Source of the DNA: a virus
Taxonomy: Duplodnaviria > Caudoviricetes
Length of the DNA: 64,000 nt
Virus record (IMG/VR): IMGVR_UViG_3300020576_004053
Coordinates: 64,001-128,000 of that record
Direction: 5' to 3' (one strand)
Below the pieces are notes generated by a model that searched no databases, was not told where the DNA came from, and worked only from the letters and a program-made list of their open reading frames with translations. Made by a program: the position numbers and the translations under genes. Of this stretch, positions 1 to 10,247 are shown piece after piece. How positions within the stretch are numbered: the stretch's first letter is position 1; each line of letters opens with the position of its first letter.

Positions 1-3000
1 CGATCTTAATGAAGTTCAGTACCGGTGCACCGGGGTTGGACGAGATATGCATACCACTTGCAGTGATATTGATTCGATTTGCTTGAATATCAAGTCCACC
101 AGACGCCGGTATGAAACGAATGAAATCTTGAATCGTTCCAGAGGTATATCCCATTCTGATATTACCACCACCATCAGCATAGAAACCAGTACCAGATATC
201 AACGTCATGGTGGACGGTGTAGTACCGATCTTAATGGTATTTGCAATCCCAGTAGAACCAGACACACCGATAATAGAGATACCACCAGCCAATAAATTGA
301 TGCTAGACGCAATAACTTCCAATCCACTTGTTTTGCTGTATCGAATATAATCTGCGCCACTACCGGTTGAGGCATTACCTACGCGGAAATTACTATCTCC
401 GTCCATATACACACCAGCACCACTGGTTAATGTAATGGCCGTTGGGTTTGAACCGATCTTGATAACATTCGCAGATGGTGTAGTTGGATCAGATAGCAAC
501 TGCATACCACCCGCAGTAATATTCATGCGAGATGTTATGATATCCGTTCCATTAGACGGGCTAAATCTGAAATAATCTGTAGTTGTTCCAACTCGGAAAT
601 TACCGTCACCATCTACATAAAATCCAGTATTTGCAGCAAATGTAATGGCAGTTGGAGAATTACCAACTTTGATTGTATTAGCAGACGCTATAGATGGATC
701 GGACAACAACTGCATACCACCAGCCGTAATATTCATACGCTTCGTAAGAATATCCAAACCAACCGATGGTGAATATCGTACATAATCAGACAATGACGCA
801 GTATTTTCACCGACACGGAAGTTACCAGCCCCATCCATGTACACACCGGTACCAGATACGAACGAAATTAAACTCGGAGATCCACCAACTTTGATGTAGT
901 TATTAGCCGCAACGGTTCCTTCTGATACGATATTCATACCAGAAGCCGTAATAAACACTCGGGTCGTCTGAATATCAAGTCCACCAGACGCCGGTATGAA
1001 ACGAATGAAATCTTGAATCGTTCCAGAGGTATATCCCACACGGAAGTTACCCGCGCCATCGGCATAAAATCCTGTTCCGGAAATCAATGTCATGGTGGAC
1101 GGTGTGGTGCCTATCTTGATGAAATTACCAACACCTACCGTACCAGATACACCAGATAGTTGAATTCCACCGGCTATTAATGCAATACGAGACGTTTGTA
1201 GATCTAACCCAGTAGACGGACCATATCGTAAGAAATCTACACCACTCCCAGTTGTTGCTTGACCAACTCGTAGATTTCCACCACCATCTACATAGAATCC
1301 AGCACCATTTGTAAATGAAATGGCGGTAGGATTTGGACCAACTTTAATGGCGTTAGAAGTACCAATAGTGGTATCGGACAACAACTGCATACCACCAGCC
1401 GTAATATTCATACGCTTCGTAAGAATATCCAAACCGACCGAAGGTGAATATCTCAGATAGTCAGATAGCGATGCGGTTTCAGATCCAACGCGGAAATTAC
1501 CAGCACCATCAGCATAGAAACCGGTACCAGACACGAATGACATAGTCGCTGGTGACGTACCGATCTTAATGAAATTACTTGCAGGTACCGTACCTTCGGA
1601 CGCGATGTGCATACCGCTAGCAGTGATATTAATACGTGTTGTTTGAATATCCAATCCACCAGACATCGGAATGAATCGTAGATAATCTCGCAACAACGTT
1701 GACCCCGATGTATATCCCACACGGAAATTGCCATCCCCATCCGCATAAAACCCTGTTCCTGATATTAACGTTGAATTTGCAGCATTTGTGCCCAATTTAA
1801 TAACATTTAACGATCCAGACGCCGGATGTCCCAAGAGATACATCCCACCAACGTCCATGTTAAATTGGTATGAGGCAATACGTACCTGAGACGGTGACAC
1901 ATAGATATATGATCCAGATGGTGTACCGGCTCTGAATGTACCTCCACCATTCATGTACACACCAGATCCCGATGTTTCACTTAATACACCACCTAACATC
2001 ATGACGTTATTAGCGGCTGATGACGTAGCCGCTAATAGGAATCCAGATGCTGAAAGATATAATAGCTTAGAACGAACAACAAATGCGCCATTCGCCAATC
2101 CAACCATTTCAGAATATGGATCGTTTACATTTCCTGTATATGATGCAGAATTTGCAATTCGGAATTGACCGACCGCATTAATAAGCACCGGCCAATCATT
2201 CTGTGCCTTATTGTAAAAACCCATTGACGACGTTTCTAAATACAATCCGTTAATGAGTTTTGACGCATCTGCTACTTGTGGTCGCTGAATACGATTAAAT
2301 GCATCAAGAATAGATGCAGTTGTAATAGCTAATGCCGATGAGCCAGAGATGGACTGAATCTGTGCAGCAAGAGACGCAGAATACGCTGCTGCCTGTTGTG
2401 CTAATGAAGCAGAATTAGAAATATCAATAATTGCCAACGATGCAGACGCAGAAAACAGATTGGTCGTTGACTGTGCTAATGAAGCTGATGTTGCTACTGC
2501 AAATGCGGCTAGTGATGCAGAACCGGCTGATGCTTGTTGTGACAACGACGCGGAATAGCTTAGATCTTGGGCAACTAAGGATGCCGATGCGATAGAAATG
2601 CGAGACGCCAATGAAGCAGAATTGGAGATATCAATTGCCGCCAATGATGCTGATGCAGCAAACAAATTAGTCGTAGACTGTGCTAATGACGAAGATGTAG
2701 CTATCGCAAATGCCGCCAACGATGCAGAACCAGCAGATGCTTGTTGAGACAATGAGGCAGAATAGCTCAAATCCTGAGCAACTAAGGATGCCGACGCAAC
2801 AGAAATACGCTGTGCCAATGAAGCCGACGTAGATACATCATATAATGCCAATGAGGCAGAATATAGACTTGCTTGCTGTGACAATGATGCCGAATTCGAA
2901 ATATCAATTGCAGCCAAGGACGCAGATGCAGTGAATAAATTCGTCGTTGACTGTGCCAACGATGCCGATGTAGACACAGCAAATGCCGCAAGAGACGCCG

Positions 3001-5908
3001 ATCCTACTGATGCCTGTTGTGATAGTGATGCAGAATAGCTTATATCCTGCGCAATTAATGATGCGGATACCGCAGAAATGCGTGCAGCAAGAGACGATGT
3101 AATAGAGATCGCATATGCTGCTAGCGATGCTGAATTCAACGATGCTTGCTGTGCCAACGATGCAGAATTAGAAATATCGATAATTGCTAGCGATGCAGAT
3201 GCGGCATAGAAATTGTTCGTTGTTTGTGCAAGCGATGCAGAGGTAGATACCGCTAGAGCCGCTAATGATGCTGAAGTCAGTGCCGCTTGTTGTGCTAAGG
3301 ACGAAGAATAACTTACGTCTTGAGCAACCAATGATGCCGATGCTAGCGAAATACGCTGTGCTAATGATGCCGATGTAGCAATATCATACGCCGCCAACGA
3401 GGCAGAGTATGCTGATGCCTGTTGTGATAACGACGCAGAATTAGAAACTGCATCGGCAATAATAGAGGCCGACGCAATAAACAATATATATTGCTGATAT
3501 GCTAAGGATGCGGAATACGCTACTGCCTGAGCCGCTAATGACGCCGAATAAACTGACGCCTGTTGTGCAGCCGATGCAGATACCGCAACGTCGGCAATTA
3601 CCAACGATGCCGATGTTGCCGCGATGGTTTGAGACAATGACGCAGTTATAGATACTGCATATGCCGCTAATGACGCCGAATTTAACGACGCTTGCTGTGC
3701 TAACGAGGCAGATAACGATGCAGTATTAAATGCTTGAACACTACTTGATACCAATATCAGTTGTTGTGCCAATGATGCCGATGTCGCAACTGCATGTGCC
3801 GCCAATGATGCTGAATAAATTGACGCCTGTTGTGCTAGTGATGCGGAATATGATACCTGCTGCGCCAATAATATTGACGCAGAATAGTTCAAATTGAATG
3901 ATGAGCTAACCAATGCCGCCGTTGCGGTTTCAATAGAATATGCTTGATCGAATCCAGAGCCAGAGATAAGATCCAGCACATTAAACCACGTGCTACCTCC
4001 CCCCACTTGTACAGCGAAGGTTCCACTTACCACCACATCAAAGTTAGATCCAGAATAGCTACCAACCAGTTTATCACCAAGTGAAAAAATGCTACCTGAT
4101 GCGTCGGTATTTCCCAAATAGAATGGAGTATCGATGTTACCGGGATTGCCGCCGCCCGCATAAATAGCACCACCAGACGTTGGACTATTAGATGTAATAG
4201 TTAACCCAGATCCACTTGCTCCAACAGTCAGCGTTCCATCAATACGACTATCACCGCCCTTCAAAATCGTATTACCACCATCTATATACAATGGCGCACT
4301 TTCAATAGTAACGGGTACCATATTACTATTGACATCGAACAACTCAGCCTTAAACACCACTCGTTCGAATCGTCGTCCGGTTATTGGAGTAATGATTCGA
4401 ATTTCGTCTGGATTAAACCCCGTTTCTCGCGCAGATTTGAGCGTGATATCGGAAATATACCAATCACCACTATATACGACGAAATACAACTTAGCGGTGC
4501 CATCGCGTATGCCGACTACATTTTTGGTCGAATCTAAGAAGAATTGTTGTGTTTTACCAGCCGGGATAACATATGACGCAATTTTAGTACCTAATGGATT
4601 TTGCGATGCTGATGGAAACGCAGTACCAAATACATACACATCCATCCGAGCTTCAACCGTCGAATCCTGTTTAGTACCGTATAAAGATGCGCCAAATGTA
4701 TATTCCAATCCCTTGAAAAATGATAACTCTGGGATACTGCCAATATATGCCTGTGCAACCGATGATGCTGACGCAAATGCACCGGTCGGTTGACTGATAT
4801 ACATTGAGTCCAGTAACACATCGGCGTTATAGCTAGCCGTGACACCAGTTGTAAGACCATATTGCACCCCACCAGTAACAGTACCAGCCGTCCAGTATGA
4901 ATCGATGACAGATTGACTAGTAATCAATCCCATTCGAATCGACTGATCCCCTGTGACGGAGGATTGCGTCATCAATAAATCCGTCTCTTCTAATGAAACA
5001 TCGGTTAGAAGCTGATAATTTCCCGGCTGATCGACGCTGCGTATATACAGTTTGGCCCGTGCAATATCACCGGAAAACGTCTGTAATTTTGCAATATGCA
5101 CATTTGCAAAGGATCGGACTAAATTCGTTGAAATAAATGATGGGCTTGCCAAATACCGAACTGTATAGGATGGCAGCGTCACGTTCGCCAAATATCCACC
5201 CGTACTTGCGGTAGGGATTGTATTGAGCGTGATAGTGGACGTATTGATAACATCGGTAATGGATGCCGTGAATGGAGCGCCATTTAGTGTGGTCATAAAC
5301 GGCGCGTCGACCATATCACGATTGAAGGACGCACCGGACAATACCACGGTGGCGCTTCGACCAATTAACGTTGCCGTACCGCTCGTCTGATCAACGATGC
5401 TACCAGTTACCGCATCTCGGTAAGGTGCCAATAGCTCAACGGGAGTAATTACCGGTTGCGCATATAACCGTATAGGCGTCGTGTTAGCCTTATACGGATT
5501 AATTTGGATTTTGGTAGACCATTTTACGTTATATGCACCCTTAAACTCTTTGGGTGGCACATTGCCCTGTTCATCAGTTTTAAGCTGACCTAAAATGGTT
5601 ACGGTTGCCAGCCCCGGTGCGGTATCCTTATATACTTCAATTGACACCAGCCGAGCCAATCCTTCCGTGTAATTACGAATAGGTTGACTAAATACTACAT
5701 TACCAGCGGAATCTACGATTTCAACGAGTACATCGGTATCTGCTACCAACTCGGTTGAACCGTTTATAAGGAACGCATTTTTACCACTCGTCAATACGTC
5801 GGGGACTTGTGACAGTCGAAAGTATCGCGAGGTAGGGGCCGTATCTACTATCCAAACTCTATATTTTTCTAAATTTAGCGGAAATACTGATTTCTGTAGC
5901 TTTGGCAT
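1..5908 (-). CDS. Very long tail-fibre/virion protein (partial, runs off left edge)
   Basis: ATG at 5908 (MPKLQKSVFPLNLEKYRVWIVDTAP...). The frame was open wherever spot-checked down to base 2 (...NFIKI). It is absent from the ORF track, consistent with having no stop in the window. Contains an SASL-based 11-residue repeat block and about 70-75 aa repeats (N.IKIG..P.....G.GFY.DG.GNFRVG). Confidence 0.8.
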   Translation of the reverse strand, partial: MPKLQKSVFPLNLEKYRVWIVDTAPTSRYFRLSQVPDVLTSGKNAFLINGSTELVADTDVLVEIVDSAGNVVFSQPIRNYTEGLARLVSIEVYKDTAPGLATVTILGQLKTDEQGNVPPKEFKGAYNVKWSTKIQINPYKANTTPIRLYAQPVITPVELLAPYRDAVTGSIVDQTSGTATLIGRSATVVLSGASFNRDMVDAPFMTTLNGAPFTASITDVINTSTITLNTIPTASTGGYLANVTLPSYTVRYLASPSFISTNLVRSFANVHIAKLQTFSGDIARAKLYIRSVDQPGNYQLLTDVSLEETDLLMTQSSVTGDQSIRMGLITSQSVIDSYWTAGTVTGGVQYGLTTGVTASYNADVLLDSMYISQPTGAFASASSVAQAYIGSIPELSFFKGLEYTFGASLYGTKQDSTVEARMDVYVFGTAFPSASQNPLGTKIASYVIPAGKTQQFFLDSTKNVVGIRDGTAKLYFVVYSGDWYISDITLKSARETGFNPDEIRIITPITGRRFERVVFKAELFDVNSNMVPVTIESAPLYIDGGNTILKGGDSRIDGTLTVGASGSGLTITSNSPTSGGAIYAGGGNPGNIDTPFYLGNTDASGSIFSLGDKLVGSYSGSNFDVVVSGTFAVQVGGGSTWFNVLDLISGSGFDQAYSIETATAALVSSSFNLNYSASILLAQQVSYSASLAQQASIYSASLAAHAVATSASLAQQLILVSSSVQAFNTASLSASLAQQASLNSASLAAYAVSITASLSQTIAATSASLVIADVAVSASAAQQASVYSASLAAQAVAYSASLAYQQYILFIASASIIADAVSNSASLSQQASAYSASLAAYDIATSASLAQRISLASASLVAQDVSYSSSLAQQAALTSASLAALAVSTSASLAQTTNNFYAASASLAIIDISNSASLAQQASLNSASLAAYAISITSSLAARISAVSASLIAQDISYSASLSQQASVGSASLAAFAVSTSASLAQSTTNLFTASASLAAIDISNSASLSQQASLYSASLALYDVSTSASLAQRISVASASLVAQDLSYSASLSQQASAGSASLAAFAIATSSSLAQSTTNLFAASASLAAIDISNSASLASRISIASASLVAQDLSYSASLSQQASAGSASLAAFAVATSASLAQSTTNLFSASASLAIIDISNSASLAQQAAAYSASLAAQIQSISGSSALAITTASILDAFNRIQRPQVADASKLINGLYLETSSMGFYNKAQNDWPVLINAVGQFRIANSASYTGNVNDPYSEMVGLANGAFVVRSKLLYLSASGFLLAATSSAANNVMMLGGVLSETSGSGVYMNGGGTFRAGTPSGSYIYVSPSQVRIASYQFNMDVGGMYLLGHPASGSLNVIKLGTNAANSTLISGTGFYADGDGNFRVGYTSGSTLLRDYLRFIPMSGGLDIQTTRINITASGMHIASEGTVPASNFIKIGTSPATMSFVSGTGFYADGAGNFRVGSETASLSDYLRYSPSVGLDILTKRMNITAGGMQLLSDTTIGTSNAIKVGPNPTAISFTNGAGFYVDGGGNLRVGQATTGSGVDFLRYGPSTGLDLQTSRIALIAGGIQLSGVSGTVGVGNFIKIGTTPSTMTLISGTGFYADGAGNFRVGYTSGTIQDFIRFIPASGGLDIQTTRVFITASGMNIVSEGTVAANNYIKVGGSPSLISFVSGTGVYMDGAGNFRVGENTASLSDYVRYSPSVGLDILTKRMNITAGGMQLLSDPSIASANTIKVGNSPTAITFAANTGFYVDGDGNFRVGTTTDYFRFSPSNGTDIITSRMNITAGGMQLLSDPTTPSANVIKIGSNPTAITLTSGAGVYMDGDSNFRVGNASTGSGADYIRYSKTSGLEVIASSINLLAGGISIIGVSGSTGIANTIKIGTTPSTMTLISGTGFYADGGGNIRMGYTSGTIQDFIRFIPASGGLDIQANRINITASGMHISSNPGAPVLNFIKI
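84..153. repeat. 70-bp exact direct repeat (second copy 969..1038)
   Basis: tgaatatcaagtccacc...gaggtatatccca is identical at 84-153 and 969-1038. Confidence 0.9.
698..760. repeat. 63-bp exact direct repeat (second copy 1373..1435)
   Basis: atcggacaacaactgc...atatccaaacc is identical at 698-760 and 1373-1435. Confidence 0.9.
2350..3890 (-). repeat. Degenerate 33-bp coding repeat (hendecad S-A-S-L motif every 11 aa)
   Basis: Translation e.g. SASLAQQASLN SASLAAYAISI TSSLAARISAV SASLIAQDISY SASLSQQASVG. Confidence 0.85.
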
Positions 5909-5938
5909 TAAGATCCCTGTTAAACCTCACTATAAATA

Positions 5939-5971
5939 TTGAGTAGGGGCATAAATAATACCCCTACTCAA
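5939..5971. terminator. Hairpin downstream of sbcC-like gene
   Basis: ttgagtagggg / cccctactcaa perfect 11-bp inverted repeat. Confidence 0.55.
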
Positions 5972-5989
5972 CATTCAGTTCCTTTTGGC

Positions 5990-8698
5990 CTAATCTACAT
6001 AAATAGTACTATATCTATCGTCTCGTTTGATCTCTAGAATCGAATCCGTCACATCTCGTAGGCTGTCTAAGTGACTAATAATCAACAGGAAATCAAATTG
6101 AGTTTTGAGGAAGGAAAACAGCATATGCAACGAACTGCGGTTGTCGGTATCCAGCGCACCAAATCCCTCGTCAATGATAAGGAAATTGCTCTTAGGTAAT
6201 AGTGACACCCGCATAAGTGCCACACGAATGGCCAAACTGCTAATGAATTTTTCCATCCCAGATGCCAATTCCAACGGCCATACTTGATCTTCTGCATATA
6301 CAATTCGACCGTTGATATTTTTACCATCCACATCCAATAGAACGGCAAAGTCAACCAATTGTGAGAGGATATTATTCACATCAGTTTCCAACACCGGTAC
6401 CACCTCAGCCACCAACTGGTATGGTATTCCGTCTCGACATACCGCCGCCAAATACAATTCGTAGGCCATATGTTCAAATGCCAGCAATTTGGCCTTATTG
6501 ATCTTTTCCAGAATCGTATGTCGTTTGGACTCTAATACCGCCAACGATGACGTTTTAGACACCAACAGTGCATTGAGTGATGAATTTTCTGCACTATATT
6601 TAGACCGCAGCGTTTTTATCTCAACAATTTGATCCCCTATCCGTGCGTTAGTGAGAATGTCTGCCTCTTGCGTATGCTGCGTTGCAATATCGGCATCGAT
6701 GCTCACAATAGTATCGGCACAGCGTTCAATCTTTCGCTGCATGTCCAATACGTCATTTTTCATTACCTGAATCGCCTGTTCGGCATCTCGTACCACTTTG
6801 AGCTTTGTCGTTTCCGATTCTGCGATTTTCGTCTTTAATTTCTCCACCGCAAGAACTTGTTGAGATAACAATGTACGTGTATCAGTTAACATGGTCTGCT
6901 GTGCGGGTACATCCTTCAATGATTCTACCACCGCTTCCGCCTCAGCACATTCCGCGATAGCAGCTTGTAATTTATCCGTGACCTCTGGTAATCGTTCTTT
7001 CGACGCCATGGCTTTCTTTACAAACTCGTTATTACAACAGTACTTACAATTCGGATCATATTCATGCTTATCCAATACCTTGATCGTATCGGTGATGATC
7101 CGTAACTGTTCCGTAAGCGTTTTAACGGTATGTGCTAATTCCGTATGTGCTTTAATTGCATCAGTTCGAAGTGCACCACGTTGAGTAATGGCATCTTCAT
7201 TCGCTTCTATCCAGTCTTCATTCTTCTGAACTGCAGCAACGCCACGCTCCAACCGCTCCTTGGATAACGTAATAGCATCATCAAGATCAATAAGTTGCTG
7301 ACCAACTTGCGGACCCTTATCAATGAGTTGCTGTTTGGCGACAATGTCGGCTTGTAGCTTCTTAATAGCCTGTTTTTGTGCGTCTCGCTGTGCTTCTAGC
7401 TGCGGGATAGAATATGCACTAACCGTGATAGGAATTTTCTGCTCATACAACACCTGTAATTCGTCATTCAATCGATCATATTCAGATGTATTTAATGTCA
7501 CTTGGGCAGTCGTCTCAGCAATACATTGAGAGGTTTCATCCAGCTTTGCCTGAAGCTCTACCAATTCGTCGGTGAAATCTTCATTCTTGAATTGCTTTAA
7601 GGATGCCATTACTTCCTTAGATGCATCTTTAGCGGCATCATGAAGTCGATCAAAAATTTGCAACCCCATAAACTGACTGAGCACATCCTTTCGATCTGAC
7701 TGTCCACGGTCAATGAACAAGCTATTTTTGTCTTGTACTGAGAATGCAGTCAATAAGAAATCGTCAAAATCTCCCACATATTGACGGATATACTCGTTGG
7801 TAACACGACGTTCTTCACCGTTTAAACTGGTTTTGACACCCTTATCAGTTGACCAAAAGTCCACATCGATCTTGACCTCACCCTTCTTATTTCGTTTACC
7901 GGTGCGCTGTACGGTATATTCCACATCCCCAATCATGAATACGAACTCGCAGAAACATGAATCCTTTCTGGTATTCATGATATTCACGGCACGAATCGTC
8001 CGAGGGGTTTTGTCATAGAGCGCAAAACAAATAGCGTCTGGGATGCTACTTTTTCCTGATGCGTTGGGAGCAAACAATCCCACCGATCCTTGAAGCGTAT
8101 CGAAATTAATCCAATTCCCCTCACCATAGGTAAACAGATTATCAAACTTCAACGTCTTGGGAATCCAGACGATACGTTTAGCGGCGTCGTCTAGAGGTAG
8201 CGTCGAATTGATCTCTTTATTGATTTCCACCACTTTATCAATAAGATCTTGTTGAATATCAGGTTTTGCATTTTTGACATAATCTACTAATAGTTTATTT
8301 TGATAATTGACATCATTGACATCTAACAAATCAGATGTGTGGACATTTGCATTATTGAATCGTGAATTGAGCGGTCGAGTAATTGAACATTCAATGATAT
8401 TATGCTTTGCCTTTAACGTCGCCACATACTGCTTAATTTCACTTTCGTCCAAACCGCCAGTAAATAAACGAAGACGCACATTTCGTGGAAGGTTTGACGT
8501 ATCTGGGATTTCTTTCCCTGATATTTTGATGGTATAAAGACCATAATCATTCTCCAATTCATGAAATTTAAACGACCGTGATGCGACATCCCATTCACAA
8601 TATCCATGGCCTTTAACATTCTCACCATGATTTTGTTGGATAAGGGAACCGGCGTAAACTACGATAGGTTTTATGCGTTTAATGCGAATCTTTCCCAT
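5990..8698 (-). CDS. SbcC/Rad50 (gp46-like) ATPase fused to the C-terminal part of SbcD/Mre11
   Basis: Walker A APNASGKSS, long coiled coil, zinc-hook CKYC, ASGME signature, Walker B IIDEGFG, ISH. The N-terminus carries the SbcD motif YAGSLIQQNHGE. Confidence 0.9.
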   Translation of the reverse strand: MGKIRIKRIKPIVVYAGSLIQQNHGENVKGHGYCEWDVASRSFKFHELENDYGLYTIKISGKEIPDTSNLPRNVRLRLFTGGLDESEIKQYVATLKAKHNIIECSITRPLNSRFNNANVHTSDLLDVNDVNYQNKLLVDYVKNAKPDIQQDLIDKVVEINKEINSTLPLDDAAKRIVWIPKTLKFDNLFTYGEGNWINFDTLQGSVGLFAPNASGKSSIPDAICFALYDKTPRTIRAVNIMNTRKDSCFCEFVFMIGDVEYTVQRTGKRNKKGEVKIDVDFWSTDKGVKTSLNGEERRVTNEYIRQYVGDFDDFLLTAFSVQDKNSLFIDRGQSDRKDVLSQFMGLQIFDRLHDAAKDASKEVMASLKQFKNEDFTDELVELQAKLDETSQCIAETTAQVTLNTSEYDRLNDELQVLYEQKIPITVSAYSIPQLEAQRDAQKQAIKKLQADIVAKQQLIDKGPQVGQQLIDLDDAITLSKERLERGVAAVQKNEDWIEANEDAITQRGALRTDAIKAHTELAHTVKTLTEQLRIITDTIKVLDKHEYDPNCKYCCNNEFVKKAMASKERLPEVTDKLQAAIAECAEAEAVVESLKDVPAQQTMLTDTRTLLSQQVLAVEKLKTKIAESETTKLKVVRDAEQAIQVMKNDVLDMQRKIERCADTIVSIDADIATQHTQEADILTNARIGDQIVEIKTLRSKYSAENSSLNALLVSKTSSLAVLESKRHTILEKINKAKLLAFEHMAYELYLAAVCRDGIPYQLVAEVVPVLETDVNNILSQLVDFAVLLDVDGKNINGRIVYAEDQVWPLELASGMEKFISSLAIRVALMRVSLLPKSNFLIIDEGFGALDTDNRSSLHMLFSFLKTQFDFLLIISHLDSLRDVTDSILEIKRDDRYSTIYVD

Positions 8699-9507
8699 TT
8701 GTCCCTATTCTTCATAAAGTTAACACGAGGTACGTGATTATTAATACTACAATAATTTACAAGAGATTCTGTTTTGGCTAGCATTTCCTGCTCGTCTGCT
8801 ACCCACCCCTTTACCTCTTCTAAAATTGTGTTCGTGGTAGTGATAATATAAAAATCTGGTACATATCTACGGGTTTTAGAATTTAACTCGTATGGTATTA
8901 CGATACCATGTTTTTTAGTCCACGTCAATACAGTATCATCAGCGTCTAATTGTTGCATACGTTCCAACTCAAAAGACGACTGATAAAACTCATCGACAGA
9001 AGATTTGTTAGAGGTGTATTTACCTCTAATATAATTTCTATACCCACCACCAAATTCTGAACTTTGTGCTCGTAATGCGCTAGATATCGAAGATTTTTCT
9101 ATAGATTGAGGTGAATTTATAGGATAGAATCCGTGTATATCTTTATACTTTTCTCTCGCAGCTATATGCTTCTTCATTCTATCAGGATTTTCCCACGATT
9201 TTTTCACGGCAATCTTTTTCTTTCTGCATATATCTGTCGATTGAGATTTCCCTAATAATACATGGTTACCATAATTTGGATTACCATCTCCTTTAAACTT
9301 GGCAGCAAAATGTTTTTTGGCACATTCATATGAACAACATATTCTTGGTCGAGACGCACATTGCTCTATTTCAGATGAACATACTACACATAATGTTATA
9401 GTTCTTTTCCGTTGACCTAATGTAGAACACGTACGAGAACAATACTTTGACGCCATTCGGTATGTATTATACTCCAACGTACACACATTGCAAATTTTTT
9501 TAAGCAT
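8671..9507 (-). CDS. Free-standing homing endonuclease (Cys-rich N-terminus, TnsA-like PD-(D/E)xK C-terminus)
   Basis: Repeated CxxC and YCSxxC motifs, then YQSSFE...RRYVPDF...EEVKG. GGAG RBS precedes ATG 9507. AT-rich. Confidence 0.75.
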   Translation of the reverse strand: MLKKICNVCTLEYNTYRMASKYCSRTCSTLGQRKRTITLCVVCSSEIEQCASRPRICCSYECAKKHFAAKFKGDGNPNYGNHVLLGKSQSTDICRKKKIAVKKSWENPDRMKKHIAAREKYKDIHGFYPINSPQSIEKSSISSALRAQSSEFGGGYRNYIRGKYTSNKSSVDEFYQSSFELERMQQLDADDTVLTWTKKHGIVIPYELNSKTRRYVPDFYIITTTNTILEEVKGWVADEQEMLAKTESLVNYCSINNHVPRVNFMKNRDKWERFALNA

Positions 9508-9554
9508 ATGATCTCCATAAAGATACTTATGCTTATACATATCACCCAAGCACA

Positions 9555-10247
9555 CTATTTCACTCGCCACCCATCGGTTTCATACTTATGAAGATCGCTT
9601 TCATCGATTTCTAATTCTTCCGTAGAATACGACTGTAAAGTAGACATTTTGTGAATGTCCCCAAGCATGACCATATCGAACCCATCGAACATGGACAGTT
9701 CATGGTGCCGACTGGTAATCGTAAATCCGGCATCGGTTGTTGCCGAATAAATGGGACCATGGAACAGGGCCAGTTTTGGACTGCGAGTACAATCATCTGC
9801 AGACGGCCAATGTTGCTCACCATCAAGCAATGAATACACCGCTACATCCATCTGCCCAATCTGGTAGACGCCACTATCTTTCAAATAATGCAACCGTGGC
9901 AATTCTAATGCTTCGATGATCGGTGTTAACGCATCCAATCGACTAGCATTCTTTTCTAGAAAATCATGGTTACCGGCGATTACAAAGGTGTGGGCACGCT
10001 CTGACAATTTAAGAAACAGCGATGACACCAACCGAATCATTTCGGGTGATACATCTGTCTTAGTGTGAACAATATCACCTGCCACAATGATAATATCATC
10101 ATCCGTTAAATGCGCCAACTCGGCATACAACCGTTCAAATTGTGCCGCATATTCCTCTTGGCGTCGAAACAGACGAATGTGAATATCGGCTAAATGAAAG
10201 ATACGACGAATATTCGTATCTTCTAAAAAAACTTTTTGTACATTCAT
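9555..10247 (-). CDS. SbcD/Mre11-like metallophosphoesterase, N-terminal piece
   Basis: Motifs HLADIH, AGD, GNHD, FHG, GDIH. Confidence 0.9.
   Translation of the reverse strand: MNVQKVFLEDTNIRRIFHLADIHIRLFRRQEEYAAQFERLYAELAHLTDDDIIIVAGDIVHTKTDVSPEMIRLVSSLFLKLSERAHTFVIAGNHDFLEKNASRLDALTPIIEALELPRLHYLKDSGVYQIGQMDVAVYSLLDGEQHWPSADDCTRSPKLALFHGPIYSATTDAGFTITSRHHELSMFDGFDMVMLGDIHKMSTLQSYSTEELEIDESDLHKYETDGWRVK

Noticed and set aside
2350-3890. CRISPR array or DGR in the repeated regions
   Set aside because: The repeats are degenerate, in-frame coding units without unique spacers. There is no reverse transcriptase or adenine-specific variant pair.
8671-9600. Split intein or group I intron in the sbcD-sbcC gene
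   Set aside because: No intein N-terminal Cys/Ser block or terminal His-Asn, and too little non-coding sequence around the endonuclease ORF for an intron core.
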